A stretch of DNA of 64,000 bases from Octopus sinensis (GCF_006345805.1 NC_043009.1:62248001-62312000); one strand, 5' to 3'. Shown: positions 12,022 to 26,494, counted from the first letter of the stretch. Made by a program: numbers and translations. The notes: generated by a model not told the origin, from the sequence alone.

Positions 12022-15000
12022 TAAATAGATAGATAGATAGATAGATAGATATATAGATAGATAGATAAATAGATAGATAGATAAACACACACGAGTTCAC
12101 ACACGCACACACACACACACAATGGTATGTTTCATTCAAGGGCATTACTCAAAGTACTGTACAGTGTAACTGAATCACGTGGTTGTGAAATGAACTTCTT
12201 AAGCACACAGCCAGACGTGTACGTTTGTGTGTGTGTATGTGTGTGTGTGTATGTGTGTGTGTGTGCGTGTGTGTGTGTGTGTGTGATTGTGTGTGAGTTT
12301 GTGTGTGTAACCACGACGACTTGACAACCGGCGTTGGTTTGTTTACGTTCTCATAACTTAACGCTTCGACATGAAAGACCGATAGAATAAGTGCCAGGCT
12401 TTAAGAAAAATGTTCTGGGGTCGATTCGTTTGCTTAAAGATTCTTCAAAGTATTAAAATTATGCAGCTTATTAATTAATTCCTTAAACTGTTTTCTTATG
12501 TTTCAGATTTAGTTAACTGCCGACACCAGTGTGAATCGGTACAGAGTGTCGTCTAAAATTAATCCGGTATATTTATCCAGCGCGTAATCCCGTAAAAGAA
12601 CCGGCAACCAATAATCATAATACATAGTAATTCAACTATTTTACATTCTGCCAAAGAACTTCAGAGATTTCTGACGTGCAGACGTGGGGATCTTCGAAGA
12701 AGAGCCGGACAAATTTTTATCTGAGATACCAGATGAACCCACGAGGAAGAGCAGCTCCGTTCTACTTCCTGTTTCACCAGAAACAATACAGAAAACAATG
12801 TTTTATTTACATAAAGTCTGAATTACAATTTAATTTATAAGGAAACACGGAAACAGAAAAGGAGGTAGGATTAAGCAGCAGAAGATGGGGACAGAAGGAG
12901 TACAGGCCAGAACAAATAGCGTGTTCATCTGCTCCCTGCAGATATTCCCACGGTTGCGTTGCCGAGCAGAATGGCCAGCGATACTCGCTACAGCAGCCAC
13001 TTCGCCTCGCAGGGCTCATTTCCTCAATGCGGCGATACAGAAAAGAAACCAAATCGTACTGAAAGGCGGTGCTCCAGCATGGCTTGGCTGAAGCCATTAC
13101 AAGAAAAGATAATGGTTGATGAGTTGTGCAACGTGAAATACTTGGTGTGAGTATAACGGGAACTGCTTATGAAGAGTGAAACGAAAGATGTTTGTGAAGG
13201 AGGGGTTAAAGTGAAACGGTCGGAAAGCGGTGGAGGCTGTGACATGGATTGTTTGGAGAGATGTTTAACTAGAAATATTTTTTAGGAACGTTAGAGATAT
13301 TTGCACAATTTCAATAAAATAAATTTATTAGTTTTCAATGTCGGAATTTGAAAGCAGAGTCGTCATCGTCGTCGTCGTCGTCGTTGTGTTGCAACCGAAA
13401 CTTCCGGTTAGATCCCGGCTATATTCTGCTAGCTTCTCCACTCTCGGTTCTTCTAGACTCTCAACTATATTCTACAGAATAAAGAAATTTCAAAAGATCT
13501 AGATTTAAGTGTTTCGGGAACCATATCTATTCCGAGAGTACACGGGAGAATGTATGTATGTATGTATGTATGTATGTATGTATGTATGTATGTATGTATG
13601 TATGTATGTATGTATGTATGTATGTACGTACGTATGTATGTATGTATGTATGTATGTATGTATGTATGTATGTATGTATGTATGCATGTATGTATGTGCA
13701 GATTTGTATGTTTTATGCATGTATTCTCATGCATATAATTACATATCTAGACATGCTCATATATGTTCAAATGATAAACTTATGGAAAGTTTTACAGAAT
13801 TTTACAGTTCCAGTGATGGATATGTATGTACGTACGTATGTATGTATGTATGTATGCATGCATGTATGTATGTATGTATGTATGTATGTGTATGTATGTA
13901 TGTATGTATGTATGTATGTATGTATGTCATTATTCAGTTTATTTCAAGATTTCTTGCCAATAGAGGAAGAACTGATTTCTAACCTAGATCCAAGGCTCTT
14001 TCATTGGAATTTCAACATTAACAACAGAGAATTATTGTATGTATGTATGTATTTTTGTATGTATGTATGTATGTATGTATGTATGTATGTATGTATGTAT
14101 GTATGTATGTATGTATGTATGTATGTATGTATGTATGTATGTACGTGTGTATGTATGTATAAGCGGGGACATAGAAATAATAGGACTGAATACCCGATCG
14201 TGCGGTTAAACCATTGGGACTGAAGGACTCCTAGCCTTTGTTAGGGCATCCTTCTAGGAGAAGGTAACTCAGGTAACTGGGATAACTCCGACATAAAACC
14301 TGCGGCTCAGTGGTTACCGATGATGTTGACTTGTTCTTCTTTTCGGATTAAGGCTGCTGCTGCTTAGTGAGTGGGACTGACTCAGTGCACAGCCTATCCT
14401 CACTTAAAAAAAATCTTCTTGCACAGGTATTGCACGATAACAACATTGATTAAGCTTCGTGCAATGGCCATACTCGATAACGAGGGGGCAGCCACCATGT
14501 ATGTATGTATGTATGTATGTATGTATGTATGTATGTATGTATGTATGGATGGATGTATGGATGTATGTGTGTATGTATGTGTTAGTGTGACTTTGTGTTC
14601 GTGTTTGTCCCCAACCACTGCGCTTGGCAACCGGTCTTGGTTTGTTTAAGTCCCCGTAACTTAGCAGTTTCGAGAAGAAGAACGATTGTATAAGTACCAG
14701 GCTCTAAAGGAACATAGGCACTGGGACCCAATTTGTTCGACTAAATTTCTTCAAAGCGTTGCCCCAGCATGGACGCAGTCCAATGACTGAAACAAGTAAA
14801 AGAAGGTAAAAGATATTTAGATCCTTGTTATTACATTACTGCCAATTCTTATGGAAATTTCTACCATATATCTTTTCTACAATAGGCACAAGGCATGAAA
14901 TTTAGGCGGGAAGGAGCTAGTCGATTGCATCGACCCCAGTGCTCAATTGGGACTTAATTCATCGTTCCCGAAAGGATGAAAGGCAAAGTCGACCTCGGAG

Positions 15001-15489
15001 GAACTGGAACATTGAACATTAAGACAGACGTGAAACTGCTAAGAATTTTTTTCGGCTTGCTAACGAGTCTGGTAGTTCGCCACCTCAGAAATTTCTACCA
15101 TATATACGAACGAAACACTTCATTTACACTAAACTGTTGTTTATTAAACTTTAATCCATCTTTACAACCCAACTTTTAGATTAAATTTATTACCTCAACT
15201 TTATTTCAACTTTTCCACCAGTTAGACTTTCACACCAGATGTTACTTAACCGCTCTTCTTGCTTTGTAACAATTATGCCAGTATCAGACTCTTAGACAGG
15301 ATTTTATTAAAATGCTTACGACTGAAAAAAATTTTAGATTTCAAGTCGAAAGACTGAATCATTTTGTCAGCCATAACCGAGATTTGACTTATCTTAACAA
15401 TAAAGAATTTGTAGCAGGTATGATCAAGATTAGTTCATATTTACGAAGTCGTTCACATATTTGGAGAGAACAACAAGCCAAATATTGGA

Positions 15490-15930
15490 GTCATTAATGA
15501 AATATTAGACATGTCAGTAAGATATTGGACACATGGATTATATATGGAACATGTGAATATATGAGGTACATCAGTAATATATGAGACACATTGACAAAGT
15601 ATGAGTAGTATCAGTCAAACATGAATCACGTTAGTCAGAAATGGCACACATCAATCAGTTGTTGGAAACATCAGTCAAATGCGAGGCACGTAAGTCAGTT
15701 ATGAGACACATCAGACAGTTAATGGAGGTTCAATCAGATATGAGGCACATAAATCAGATATGAGACATATGAGTCAGCTATGGGTGACATCGATCAGTTA
15801 TTGAATACAACAGTCTTTTAATAGACAGGACACATCAGTCAGTATGGGGCGCATGCATCAGATATGGGACATTTCAATCAGATGAAGACACATTACTTAG
15901 ACATGGGGCATATTAGTCTTCATCAGTCCA
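15490..15930. repeat. Diverged tandem repeat, unit about 21 bp (acatcagtcagatatgagac-like)
   Basis: Recurrent acatcagtca/catatgag motifs with approximately 21-nt periodicity. Confidence 0.6.
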
Positions 15931-17099
15931 TCGGTGTTTCATGCCTCGGCTCCTTACACCGGGCATGATATCCCAAGATTTACAACTTAGGGAGACTATC
16001 CTTGTTTCAAAGATCTAGGACGTTTCTTGAGGGAGATTATGCAGCAATATCGAGGTTCTTTTCCTTATTATTTCATCCTGATTAAAGTAAAGCGGTTAGT
16101 CTCGAACAATTTCATTGACAAGAATGCATTTGATCGAATGTACCATTTACATATTATTTGTTCGAATGTGACTGTCCAACTTGATGTAGTCGTGTGCTTA
16201 TACCTTGGAGGCTGTCAGTTGGTTACATAAGGCCAATGAAAATGAATTGCTCTTAATTCATTCAAATTTCTTCATGAAACTTGCCAGAACAATTCAAATA
16301 AAGTCTTAATCATGCAAGAGTTGTCTTCACTTTTCATCCTTCACTCTTCACACAGTGTTAGCTTAAGTTATAAAGATTTGTGTTTAAGCTGAAGAAAGAC
16401 TGGTCATTAAATAAAAGCTGTAGATGTTGCGGAGAGAGTTTTCCCATCTCCTGCGGATTGTCGAGTGCAGATAATAATTTTATTCGGTTATAAATATATT
16501 GAAAGGAAAAATCAATCTATCAAAAAAAAAAAAAAAAAAGGAAAAAGGAAAAAGATATCGATTTAAGTGTTATGTGATTGTATTTCCATCTGAAGGCTCT
16601 ACCGACTCCTTTGTCATGTGACTTCAATGCATGTTGCGACGTTGTATATAGTTGTGACCGCATCCATTTTGAATTCGTATTTGTCTATTTCATATTTGTA
16701 ACCTGCCGCTGGGACAGTGTTACAGCTGTGAATGAAGTTGAAATTGTGTTACAATTGTCACCTTGAGATGTGACTATAGTATCTGTGACTCTGTTACACT
16801 GTGATTGTTAGATATGATTCTCTTACCGGTGTGACTTTTAGTTGGAGTACTGCTACAGCTGTAACTAATTTAGATGAGATTCTGTCACATCTGTAAATTT
16901 TAGATGTGATTCTATCGTAAATGTGGGCCTTAAATGTGATTTTGTTGCAGCTGTTAACTTTAGATTTTTCAATCAAACTTAGTATTTTATCGAACATCAT
17001 ATCATAGCTTACACGTATCATTTATATTTCTTGATTCAAGATGAATCAGGAAGAATACTGAAAAAAGGATGGATTATTCATCTTGATCCATAATTTTTT

Positions 17100-17790
17100 C
17101 AGCATATATATATATAAATCCATTAAGAATCGATAAGTAGCTCAAATCATGCAACTTTGATCCACTGTTGTATGCTGCACAATATACACCAAAATAAGAG
17201 AACATTTGAGCAGTATATGATTCAGGATTAGCCTATCAAAACCAGGGTCCATTTTTCCTGAATCCAATCCGTAGTAAGCCCACCAAAATCTATGTGCATT
17301 GGTTCAGTAAACAGTTCATAACTAACACACTAAAATCGGGGCACATTATCCATGTAAGAGCCACAGTTCGTCCATCAGGGTAAAAATGCGTTGGTTCAAT
17401 GTGTAATACATAGTTAACCCACCAAGGTCAGTATGATTGATTATTAACACATCAAAATAAGAGTATGTTCGTTTCGTTCATAAATCCATACCATGTAATC
17501 CAAACCAGAGTACACTTGTCCGTAACTGGGTCCATTCTTAACCTACGAAAACCATGACACAGATGTCCAGTGGGTGATACATACATAATCCACTAAAATC
17601 ATGGCACATTGGTTTAGGATATAATCTATAGTTGGCTTCTTAAGGTCGAAATGCGCGGGGTTCAGTATGTACTCCATATTTAACCCCTAAACACCGGAGT
17701 ATATCTGTTTCCTAGCGAGCCATAATAAAGCCGCTAAAATTAGGGTACATTAGTTCTGTGTGTAATCTACATTTAACCCAAGTCAGGCTA
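17100..17790. repeat. Diverged minisatellite (cattggttca…taatccac…aaaa units)
   Basis: Recurrent tggttca/gtacatt/aatcc motifs; highly decayed. Confidence 0.45.
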
Positions 17791-19078
17791 CATTCAAGTT
17801 GTTGTTGCTGTTGTTGTTGTTGCTGTTACTGCAGATGTTGCTATTGATGTTCTTATGGTTATTGTACTTAGTGGCATCGTTATTATGCTTGCGTTATCAT
17901 CTCTCTATATATAACCGGCAAAATGTGTGTGTGTGTGTATGTGTGTGTGTGTTCTTTATACAAATCCACAATTTTTCAGTCAGAGGGCTCACACTTTATA
18001 TGGTCATTCAAAACCGTCCAAGGGTGGTCTTGCACATCTTTACATTTCCCCAGTCACCCCGCAAAGCCATTAAAAAATCAACAGAAGTGAATTTTTTGTG
18101 AATTTTCTATCCAAAACCCAATGAAAATGCCCGAAACTTGATACGCCAATTGAATGCCAGCTAGCTGTATGTGATTGGTCAGAGATTTGGACAGTACTCG
18201 CGTGTATGTGCGCATGCACGCAGCTGTATATGCATGCACTAGCACTATGACTCGGCAACGCCGGGTCACAGTGCTAGTTGTTGTTGTTAAAATTGTGATA
18301 TTTATTGGTGTAGTTGTTTTTATTGTTTTTTTATGTTGCTGCAACAGTTGTAGTGGTTGTTGCTAATGCTGTTTTGGTTGTTGTTGTTGTTGTTGTTGAT
18401 GTAGTTGCACTTGTGGTTGTTATGGTAACAGTGTTTGTGTTCATTTGTTGTTACTTTTGTAGTTGCTACTCCCGCTGTGCTGCTGCTGCTGATGATGATG
18501 ACGTTGCTTTATCTTTTCAGTGTTATTATTGTTGATTTTTTTCTTTTTTCTTTATCATAATTACTTTCCTATTTTGTGTCGACAAAGAAATAATCGGTAA
18601 CCTAGCAAATATACAATTAACAATCCCGATCAATTTCTATTTCTGTTTACTCTTCCTCTTTCTATTCCCCATACCTCTCCCTCACACTTTCTCTTTATTT
18701 ATGCGTGTGTGTGTGTGTATGTATGTATCTGCATGTGTGTGTGTATGTAGGTATGTACTTATGTATTTACGTATAAATGCATGTATGCATGTACGTGTGT
18801 ATGTATGCATGTATGCACGTATGTATGTATGTATGTATGTATGTAAGTATGTATCTATGTATATATATGTATGCATGTATGCGTGAGTGTGTGTGTATAT
18901 GCGTCTCTGTGTGTATGTGTATGCACGTACATACTTATGTATTTATGTATATATGCGTGAATATATGTGTATGTATGTATGTATGTATGTACGTATGTAT
19001 GTATGTAAGTATGTATGTATATAGACATACGTATGTATGTATGTATGTATGTATGTATGTGTGTGTGTGTGTGTGTGC

Positions 19079-19131
<53 letters not shown>

Positions 19132-19813
19132 CGTCTTTCTAGCTTTCACCCATCTCATATTCTGTAAACTGTTGGTAGGTTGCTTGCCAGACTACCGACC
19201 CATTGTGCCGCGGTTTTGCGTCCCCCTTACTGACGCAGAGACTTTCATCTCATCGTCCTTGCCCGTGGCTGTCATTCCAGTCTTTGCTAGTTCTAAGTAG
19301 GCACCATGCACAGGCACAGTCTCAATTCACCGCTGCAAGCAGCGGGAGCGTCGTATAATCGACGACGGTTTCGTCGACACGCGGTGCCCAGCCCGATTCC
19401 TAATAAAAGGTGAAGCCGGGAGAGAGACTCCCTATGGAGTCTGCTCAGATAATCACCCATTGGTTGATATATTGGATTTTAGAATAACGTTAAACAGTTG
19501 ATTCTGTGTATCATACATGTATGAGATAAATACTGACCAAGTGATAGATAGTCTGAGATGTTGGGCATGACTGATAGATCAGATGTGATTGATATGATTG
19601 ATTGATTGATTGATTAATTGATTGATTAATTTAATTGATCGATTAATTGACTGAGTGATTGTTTGAATAATTCCGTGTATTAACTGGGTGAGTTAGTAGT
19701 TGATTAAACTGAGTGATTTATACGACACAGACAAGCCCTGAGTAAATATGGAATACCAACTCTGTAAAACTACCCTTTTACTTTCGCGCCAAACAATTTA
19801 ATGGCGTCACCAT

Positions 19814-20047
19814 TTAAGATATTGTCGCTCTTAAAGTGTTCTCGTTTTTCATATTGTTGTTGCAAATCCTGTGCTGCGCTTTACGGTTACTGTTGCGGTC
19901 CGTCTTTTCATCCGATTCGTTGACATTATTCAAATGGTCAATGTTTATTGAACTGCCACAGTCGGTCGATGTTCTTTTGATCAGGCCGTTGATTGTTAGG
20001 ATGCCTTCTGGGGACAGACTGGAAGTCAGAGTATCTGGATCAATATC
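19814..20047 (-). CDS. Small heat-shock protein (HSP20/alpha-crystallin family), last coding exon
   Basis: Acceptor ttttttctattgcag|GAT at 20048/20047. Translates DIDPDTLTSSLSPEGILTINGLIKR...SSINIDH...* (end of the alpha-crystallin domain plus I-X-I motif); TAA at 19816-19814. Phase 0, joins the upstream exon in frame. Confidence 0.9.
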   Translation of the reverse strand, partial: DIDPDTLTSSLSPEGILTINGLIKRTSTDCGSSINIDHLNNVNESDEKTDRNSNRKAQHRICNNNMKNENTLRATIS

Positions 20048-20594
20048 CTGCAATAGAAAAAAGGGTATATAGCATCAAAGATCCATTAAGAAAGTCAGGC
20101 AATTATTAAAGCAACATAATAAATAATCTCATAGTTACATGGAGGTGTCTACGGGACACTTGTGACCGTCAGACGTACCATGGAAACCGTTGTGACCTTT
20201 AGACGTGGAAATGATACAGCTGTGAACTTTAATGCAACTGTACGATACGTTGTGGCCCTTAAATATGTCTACGATCGTTGATATCTTTAGACAGGCCAAT
20301 GATACACTTATAACCTTTGGTGAAAGCGCGTTGCTAGGTGATAAGGGTATTCGGCGCGTTGCTAAGTGATAAGGGTATTCGGCTCACGATCACATTCGGT
20401 TCCTCATTTTACTTTTTCTTTCTCCCTTTCATAATTTTTACAGTCACTTCTATTACACGTGCTTGCTCTTTCACGTGCTTCACAAATTCTCTTCCCTCGT
20501 AAAACTAAGAAAATGTTATTTATTTTGTGTGTGTGTGTATATATATATATGTGTGTGTATGTGTGCGTGTGTGTGAGTGTGTGTGTGTGTGTGT

Positions 20595-20635
<41 letters not shown>

Positions 20636-20825
20636 AAAAGACGAAGACAGGAGTAGGAACAACAAGCAGGTGTATTAGATTAACGCTCGGGAAAATGGAA
20701 AAGTCTTTTACGTTTCAAGCTTACGCTCTTCGACAGAAAGGATTAAGAGGTAAAAAAAAAATGTGCAAAGTTCAACGGTCCAACATGGCGAGATGGACTG
20801 GAAAAAGAGGCTGAATGAAAGGGAG

Positions 20826-20885
<60 letters not shown>

Positions 20886-21054
20886 TATAATAATAATATT
20901 AATCCTACGTAAAACACTTTCCATACAGTAATAATAAAAGCGTCACAACAAACCACAGCACAAACCCAAGGCACACAAAGCTACGCTCGGTAGTGCAGTG
21001 AAAGCATGTGATAAAAATAAGACTTCTGAATAATGATGATGAAAATAATAATAA

Positions 21055-21110
<56 letters not shown>

Positions 21111-21135
21111 TAATAACAATAATAATAATAATAAA

Positions 21136-21197
<62 letters not shown>

Positions 21198-21253
21198 GAT
21201 AACAGTGATCACACCGAACTAAGGTGCGTAAGCGTGTGAGTGCATGTGAGAAT

Positions 21254-21296
<43 letters not shown>

Positions 21297-21442
21297 CCAA
21301 ATAGTGTGCATGTGTATGGTGTATGTATTTCAAGCGAATGTTATCTGTGTCTATGTGTGTTGCGTGTGTTTATTCATGTTGCGTGAGTGTGTGTGTGTGT
21401 GTATTGTCTGCGTTCAGGTATTATGTGCCTGTGTGGGTGTGG

Positions 21443-21485
<43 letters not shown>

Positions 21486-22382
21486 GAGTTACACAATGTG
21501 TGTGTGACTGCTCGTATAGTGCTATGTAGGGTGACGCTATCGAAGATTGTGTATGGGTGTGTAGATAATGGTGTATGGTATGGGTGCCTTCGGTACAAGT
21601 ATGTGTGGAGTGGGATGGTGTTTGTGGGTGTGTGTGTGTAATGGTGTGTGAAGTGAGTAATAAGTTGAACAGTATGTATGGGTATTTGTATAGTGGTTTT
21701 TGTGTGTGGTGAGGGTACAGAGATACGCGGTATGCAAGTGCATGAGTGGAAGGGCAGTTGAACGTGAGAGGTGTGTGGGAATTCGCCTGGATTGGTGTCA
21801 GATGAATGGAGGTAGTGAGTTGAGCCCATACGGTGCAAAGGAAAAGAAAAGAGAAGATTAATTCTTGTTCACGGCGAAGGCGGGAGTCCTGGTGGCCGGT
21901 ACCCCGTCGGTTACGCCGACGAGAGTTCCAGTTGATCTGATCAACGGAACAGCCTGCATGTGAAATTAACGTGCAAGTGGCTGAGTACTCCACAAACATA
22001 TGTACTCTTAATGTAGTTCTCAGAGAGATCCAGCGTGACACAGAATGTGACAAAGCTGGCCCCTTTGAATTACAGATACTACTCCTTTTCGTCAGCTGAG
22101 TTGACTGATCAACGTGAAATAAAGTGTCTTGCTCAAGGATACAATGCGTCGCCGGGAATTGAACTCATGATCTTACGATCGTGAGCCGAATACCCTAACC
22201 ACTAAACCACGCGCCTTCACAGATCAAGTAAGTCTATGTGTGTAATCATCTGATTAAAATTTCTTTGAGGTGGTGCACCAGCATGGCCGCAGTCTAATAA
22301 CTGAAACAAAAGATAAAGAGTAAAGATAAAATAGAAAAATAAAGCACAATTCGGCAAAGAAGAGTGAAGAGCTGACCCTCAC

Positions 22383-22559
22383 CTCAGGCATTAGAAACTG
22401 GCGTGTGAATTGGCGAGCCACACAACCAAGATCCTCTCTTTTGCTCTCGTGTTTTCCTGATACTATTAAATGTTCGTCCTGAACTTTTACACATAGATCT
22501 TCAGGTTCGTAATTCTCCACGTCCAGTTTGACCTCAAAAACATCCCGATTATACTTCAT
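22383..22559 (-). CDS. Small heat-shock protein (HSP20/alpha-crystallin family), alpha-crystallin-domain exon
   Basis: MKYNRDVFEVKLDVENYEPEDLCVKVQDEHLIVSGKHESKREDLGCVARQFTRQFLMPE. Acceptor atttatttcag|ATG at 22560/22559 and donor GAG|GTGAGG at 22383/22382. 177 nt, phase 0-0; intron 20048-22382. Confidence 0.92.
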
Positions 22560-23077
22560 CTGAAATAAATGATGGACATATTAGCAATATACAGTTGTTG
22601 TTGTTGTCATGGTAACAGTAATTAGTGCGAATATTGATTAATGTCATTAGTTGATTAATAGCAAATTACGTACATGTATAGTCAAGTTAGTACTAATATC
22701 CTTTCTTGCGCACTCACTTTTTAATAGTCCTTGGGGCACCAACGTGGTATGCAGTGTGTCTTGAATATTTAAACCTTGAGAAGCCTAATGTAGATACATG
22801 GGAACAATGCAAATTAACTGCGGTATTTGTCTGGGGATACTAACTCTTGTGAACGTACTGTGTTTAAAGACGCAAAAATATATAAGTAGTTGACGAAAAT
22901 CGCCCGGGAGTAGCGGTGGTGAGTCTGCAGGAGGCACATTTCCATCTCACTCGGCTTTGTCAGTGGTTTCTACCCATCACCAACCATATAATGAATTCTT
23001 ACTCAGTCATACGTCTAAAGGCAACACCAGTGATTCTCATTCAAAAGTGGGAAGTTTCTTGGAGAGCTGTGAAATTA

Positions 23078-24369
23078 CGAGGGGAGTTCAATAAGTAATG
23101 CCCCTGACCCACTTCCCATAGCAGTAGAGCAACGAAACTTGGCACAGGTATTAGTCTTTTTCAGCATAGGAACAACCCAGAGTTACGCATTTCTCCCATC
23201 GTTTGATACAGCCCTGGAGACCGTTTTCATAGAAGACCCCAGCTTGGTCCTCCAACCACGACGTGACTTCAGAAATCAAGGCTGCATCATCTGGGAAACG
23301 CTTTCCTTTCAAAAACAACTTCATGGCTGGGAAGAGGTGAAAATCAGAGGGTGCAAGGTCAGGAGAGTAGGAGGATGGGGGAAGTGTTCATAGCCGCACG
23401 CTTGTGCTTCTGATCTGGCGACACGCGAGTTGTGGACCGGAGCGTTGTCCTGCAGGAGGAGGATGCCTTTGCTGATCTTGCCCCGCCTCTTGGTTTTGAT
23501 AGCTTCTCTTAATTTCCTCAAAAGTGAAGCATGATAGGCTCCTGTAATTGTGGTACCCTTTGCCAGGAAATCTGTCATCACTACTCCGCCCTGGTCCTAG
23601 AAGACTGTGAGCATGACCTTGCCAGCGGAGGGCTGCACCCTTGCCTTCTTTGGAGGAGGTGAGTCATGGTGCTTCTACTGCATTGACTGGGCTTTGGTCT
23701 CTGGATCATGGTGAAGGACCCAGGTCTCATCCTGTGTAATCAGTCTTTTGAAAAATTTTGACTCATCTTCTTGGCACATCCCTAAATTCATCCTCGAGCA
23801 CTCGACGCGTTCTTGCTTCAGGAAAAGTGTGAGCAACCTGGGAATCTATCTGGCAGACACCTTTTGCATATGCAAATGGTCATGAATGATAGTTTCCACA
23901 GACCCGGTACTAATCTTGACCTCATGGGCTATTTGGCGAATAGTTATACGTCGATCTTCCAAAATGGCAGCCTCAACTTGACGGACAGATGCCTCATCAA
24001 TGGCAGAAGGGGTGCGACCAGATCTGGGAGCTGTTTCCACAGAGTTCCCACCATGTTTGAATTCACGATGCCAGCGTTTTACAAGGTCATATGATGGGGC
24101 ATCATCACCATAAGTTACTTTCATTTCATTAAAAGTCTCCTGTGGTGTGCATCATTTCAAATACAAAAACCGGATCACTTCTTGACACTCAACAGGCTCC
24201 ATTTCCCACTTGACTCATTTCAAACACCTGTAAATCAGAAACCACAATTAGTTCAGAGCTGTAATTTGCCACTTAATCTATAGAGATATAAATAATTACA
24301 CATGCAAAATCTCAGCTAGATCAATCAACGGCAAGTGGGTCAGAGGCATTACTTATTGAACGCCCCTCG
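23078..24369 (-). mobile_element. Full-length mariner (DD34D) transposon with pseudogenised transposase
   Basis: 40-bp TIRs CGAGGGG(A/C)GTTCAATAAGTAATGCC(C/T)CTGACCCACTT(C/G)CC with TA duplications at 23076-77 and 24370-71. Transposase 24202-23151 carries ITQDETW, LLQDNAP and HPP-YSPDLAPSDFHLF, with stops and frameshifts. Confidence 0.95.
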
Positions 24370-24371
24370 TA

Positions 24372-24710
24372 GGTTGTTTGGGAGAATATTGAGGATATCA
24401 TTGACTGACAAAGTGACTAATGAAGAAATAATGGTCTGGACAGCAATTAATAGGAGATAAGAGCCAAGCTTCTAAGATTTCTTGATCATGTGATGAAGAA
24501 AGAGGGCCTGGAGGATTTTATCGATGACAGAAAGATTGAAAGAAAAGAAGAAGAGAAAGGAAAAAGATGGGATGGATGTCAAGCTTAACGAATTGGTCGG
24601 AATAAAGAAATATTAAACGTCAGGAAGTGGAACTGTTACAGAAAACAAAGGACAGAGAATTGTGGCAGGACATGATCGTCCATGGACTACATTCTGGACA
24701 CGGCACCGAA
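24372..24710 (+). mobile_element. RTE-type LINE 3' remnant interrupted by the mariner
   Basis: Rejoining the flanks across the TA gives ESCEIRLFGRILRISLTDKVTNEE, followed by FLDHVMKKEGLED. Confidence 0.65.
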
Positions 24711-25496
24711 ATGGGAGGAATTTTTTCAATCATTGGTTTTATTGAAGATTGCGTATGGGTGTGTAGATAATGGTGTATGGTATGGGTGCCGAGAAGTGTT
24801 CGGTACAAGTATGTGTGGAGTGGGAAGGTGTTTGTGGGTGTGTGGGTGTAATGGTGTGTGAAATGAGTAATAAGTTGAACAGTATGTATGGGTATATGTA
24901 TAGTGGTTTGTGTGTGGTGAGGGTACAGAGATACGCGGTATGCAAGTGCATGAGTGGAAGGGCAGTTGAACGTGAGAGGTGTGTGGGAATTCGCCTGGAT
25001 TGGTGTCAGATGAATGGAGGTAGTGAGTTGAGCCCATACGGTGCAAAGGAAAAGAAAAGAGAAGATTAATTCTTGTTCACGGCGAAGGCGGGAGTCCTGG
25101 TGGCCGGTACCCCGTCGGTACCCCGTCGGTACCCCGGATGAAAAGACGGATTTTATCTTAGCATACGGTTGGCGGTGGGTAGTACATGCTATTCACAAAT
25201 CCTATAGAAGCATAAATCTGTACTTGGCATTCTTACCAACGATTTTCGCCTGTTACTGATATATATTTTGTGTTTTTAAACACAGTGCGTCCATAAGAAA
25301 CATTATACCCGGACGAATGCTACAATGCATCTGCATTAAGTGATACACAGATAGCTTTTTTCTCTCTTCCTCCCGCTCTCTCTCTCCATATGTCTATGTG
25401 TGTGTCTGTGTGTGTGTGTATACGTACACGCACACGCATACACATACATATGCATTCACACATATATATGTACATATATGTGCATATATATATTTG

Positions 25497-25530
<34 letters not shown>

Positions 25531-26458
25531 CGCGTGCGTGTGTGAAAGCACGTGGTTTAGTAGTCAAGGTAATCGGTTCACGATCGTATGATCGTCAGTT
25601 CGATTCCCGGCGGCGCGTTATGTTTTTGAGTGAGACCCGTTATATCACGGCGCTCCAGTCCTTTCAGCTGGCAAAAATGGGCTGTACCTGTAATTCAAAC
25701 GGCCAGCCTTGTCACATTCTGTCGCGTTGAATCTCCCTCAGAACTACGATAAGGATTCACTTGTTTTCGGAGAACTCAGCCACCTGGATGTTAATCTCAC
25801 GAGCAGACTGTTCCGTTGATCGGATCAACTGGAACACTCGTCTTCGTAACACTCCAACCACTAAGCCATGTGCCACCACACACACACACACACACACACC
25901 ACACACACACACACACACATCTTTTCCCTTATCTGTCGGCACTGGCATCCCACTTCTCTCCCGCCTCTAATCCTCCATATTGATCTAACTTCGGTTACTT
26001 CTGAAATCGGTGGATTATCGGTCGAGACAGAAAGAGATTAGATAAATTTGATTTATCTGGATTGCTTCGGTAATTAATAAATTGTTAGAAAAGCTAAATT
26101 GCAATGTTAATCTCATTAATTAGGTTAACTCACCATCGGAGATTGCTCACTTATTTCACTTAGATTCATCCTCATCCTCATCTTCATCATCATCATCATC
26201 GTCGTCGTCGTCAGAGTCGGCATCGCTGTTGTTTCTAGTTTAATCCTAAAGCCAGCAGTTTTGAGGAGAAGAGATTAGTCGATGCCATCGATAATATGGG
26301 CACAGGTATGGCAGTGTGGTCGAGAAGTTCGCGCTGCAAGCACATGATTTCAAGTTCGGTCCCTTGAGCATTTGTTTTATACTTTACATACATACGAACC
26401 ACATGTGAATCGTTGGCGATTTTCTTCCACTGTCTTCCCTTCTATTGGACTTGCCTCT

Positions 26459-26494
26459 GTTTCTGAAGAAGAACGTCGGCTCGAAACGTTAAAC
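26459..26494 (+). ncRNA. Minimal type I hammerhead motif in a Penelope-type terminal repeat
   Basis: GTTT CTGAAGA A GAAC-gtcg-GCTC GAA ACGT T AAAC; one mismatch in stem II; palindromic ACGT stem III. Confidence 0.65.

Noticed and set aside
12807-13245. Overlapping short ORFs in a GC-richer block
   Set aside because: Adjacent to a LINE remnant and contains the LINE/SINE tail motif ggcggtgctccagcatggc; no recognisable protein.
15860-15935. CTGATGA…GAAA on the minus strand
   Set aside because: Lies in a decayed 21-bp tandem repeat; 10 unpaired nt separate the stem from GAAA.
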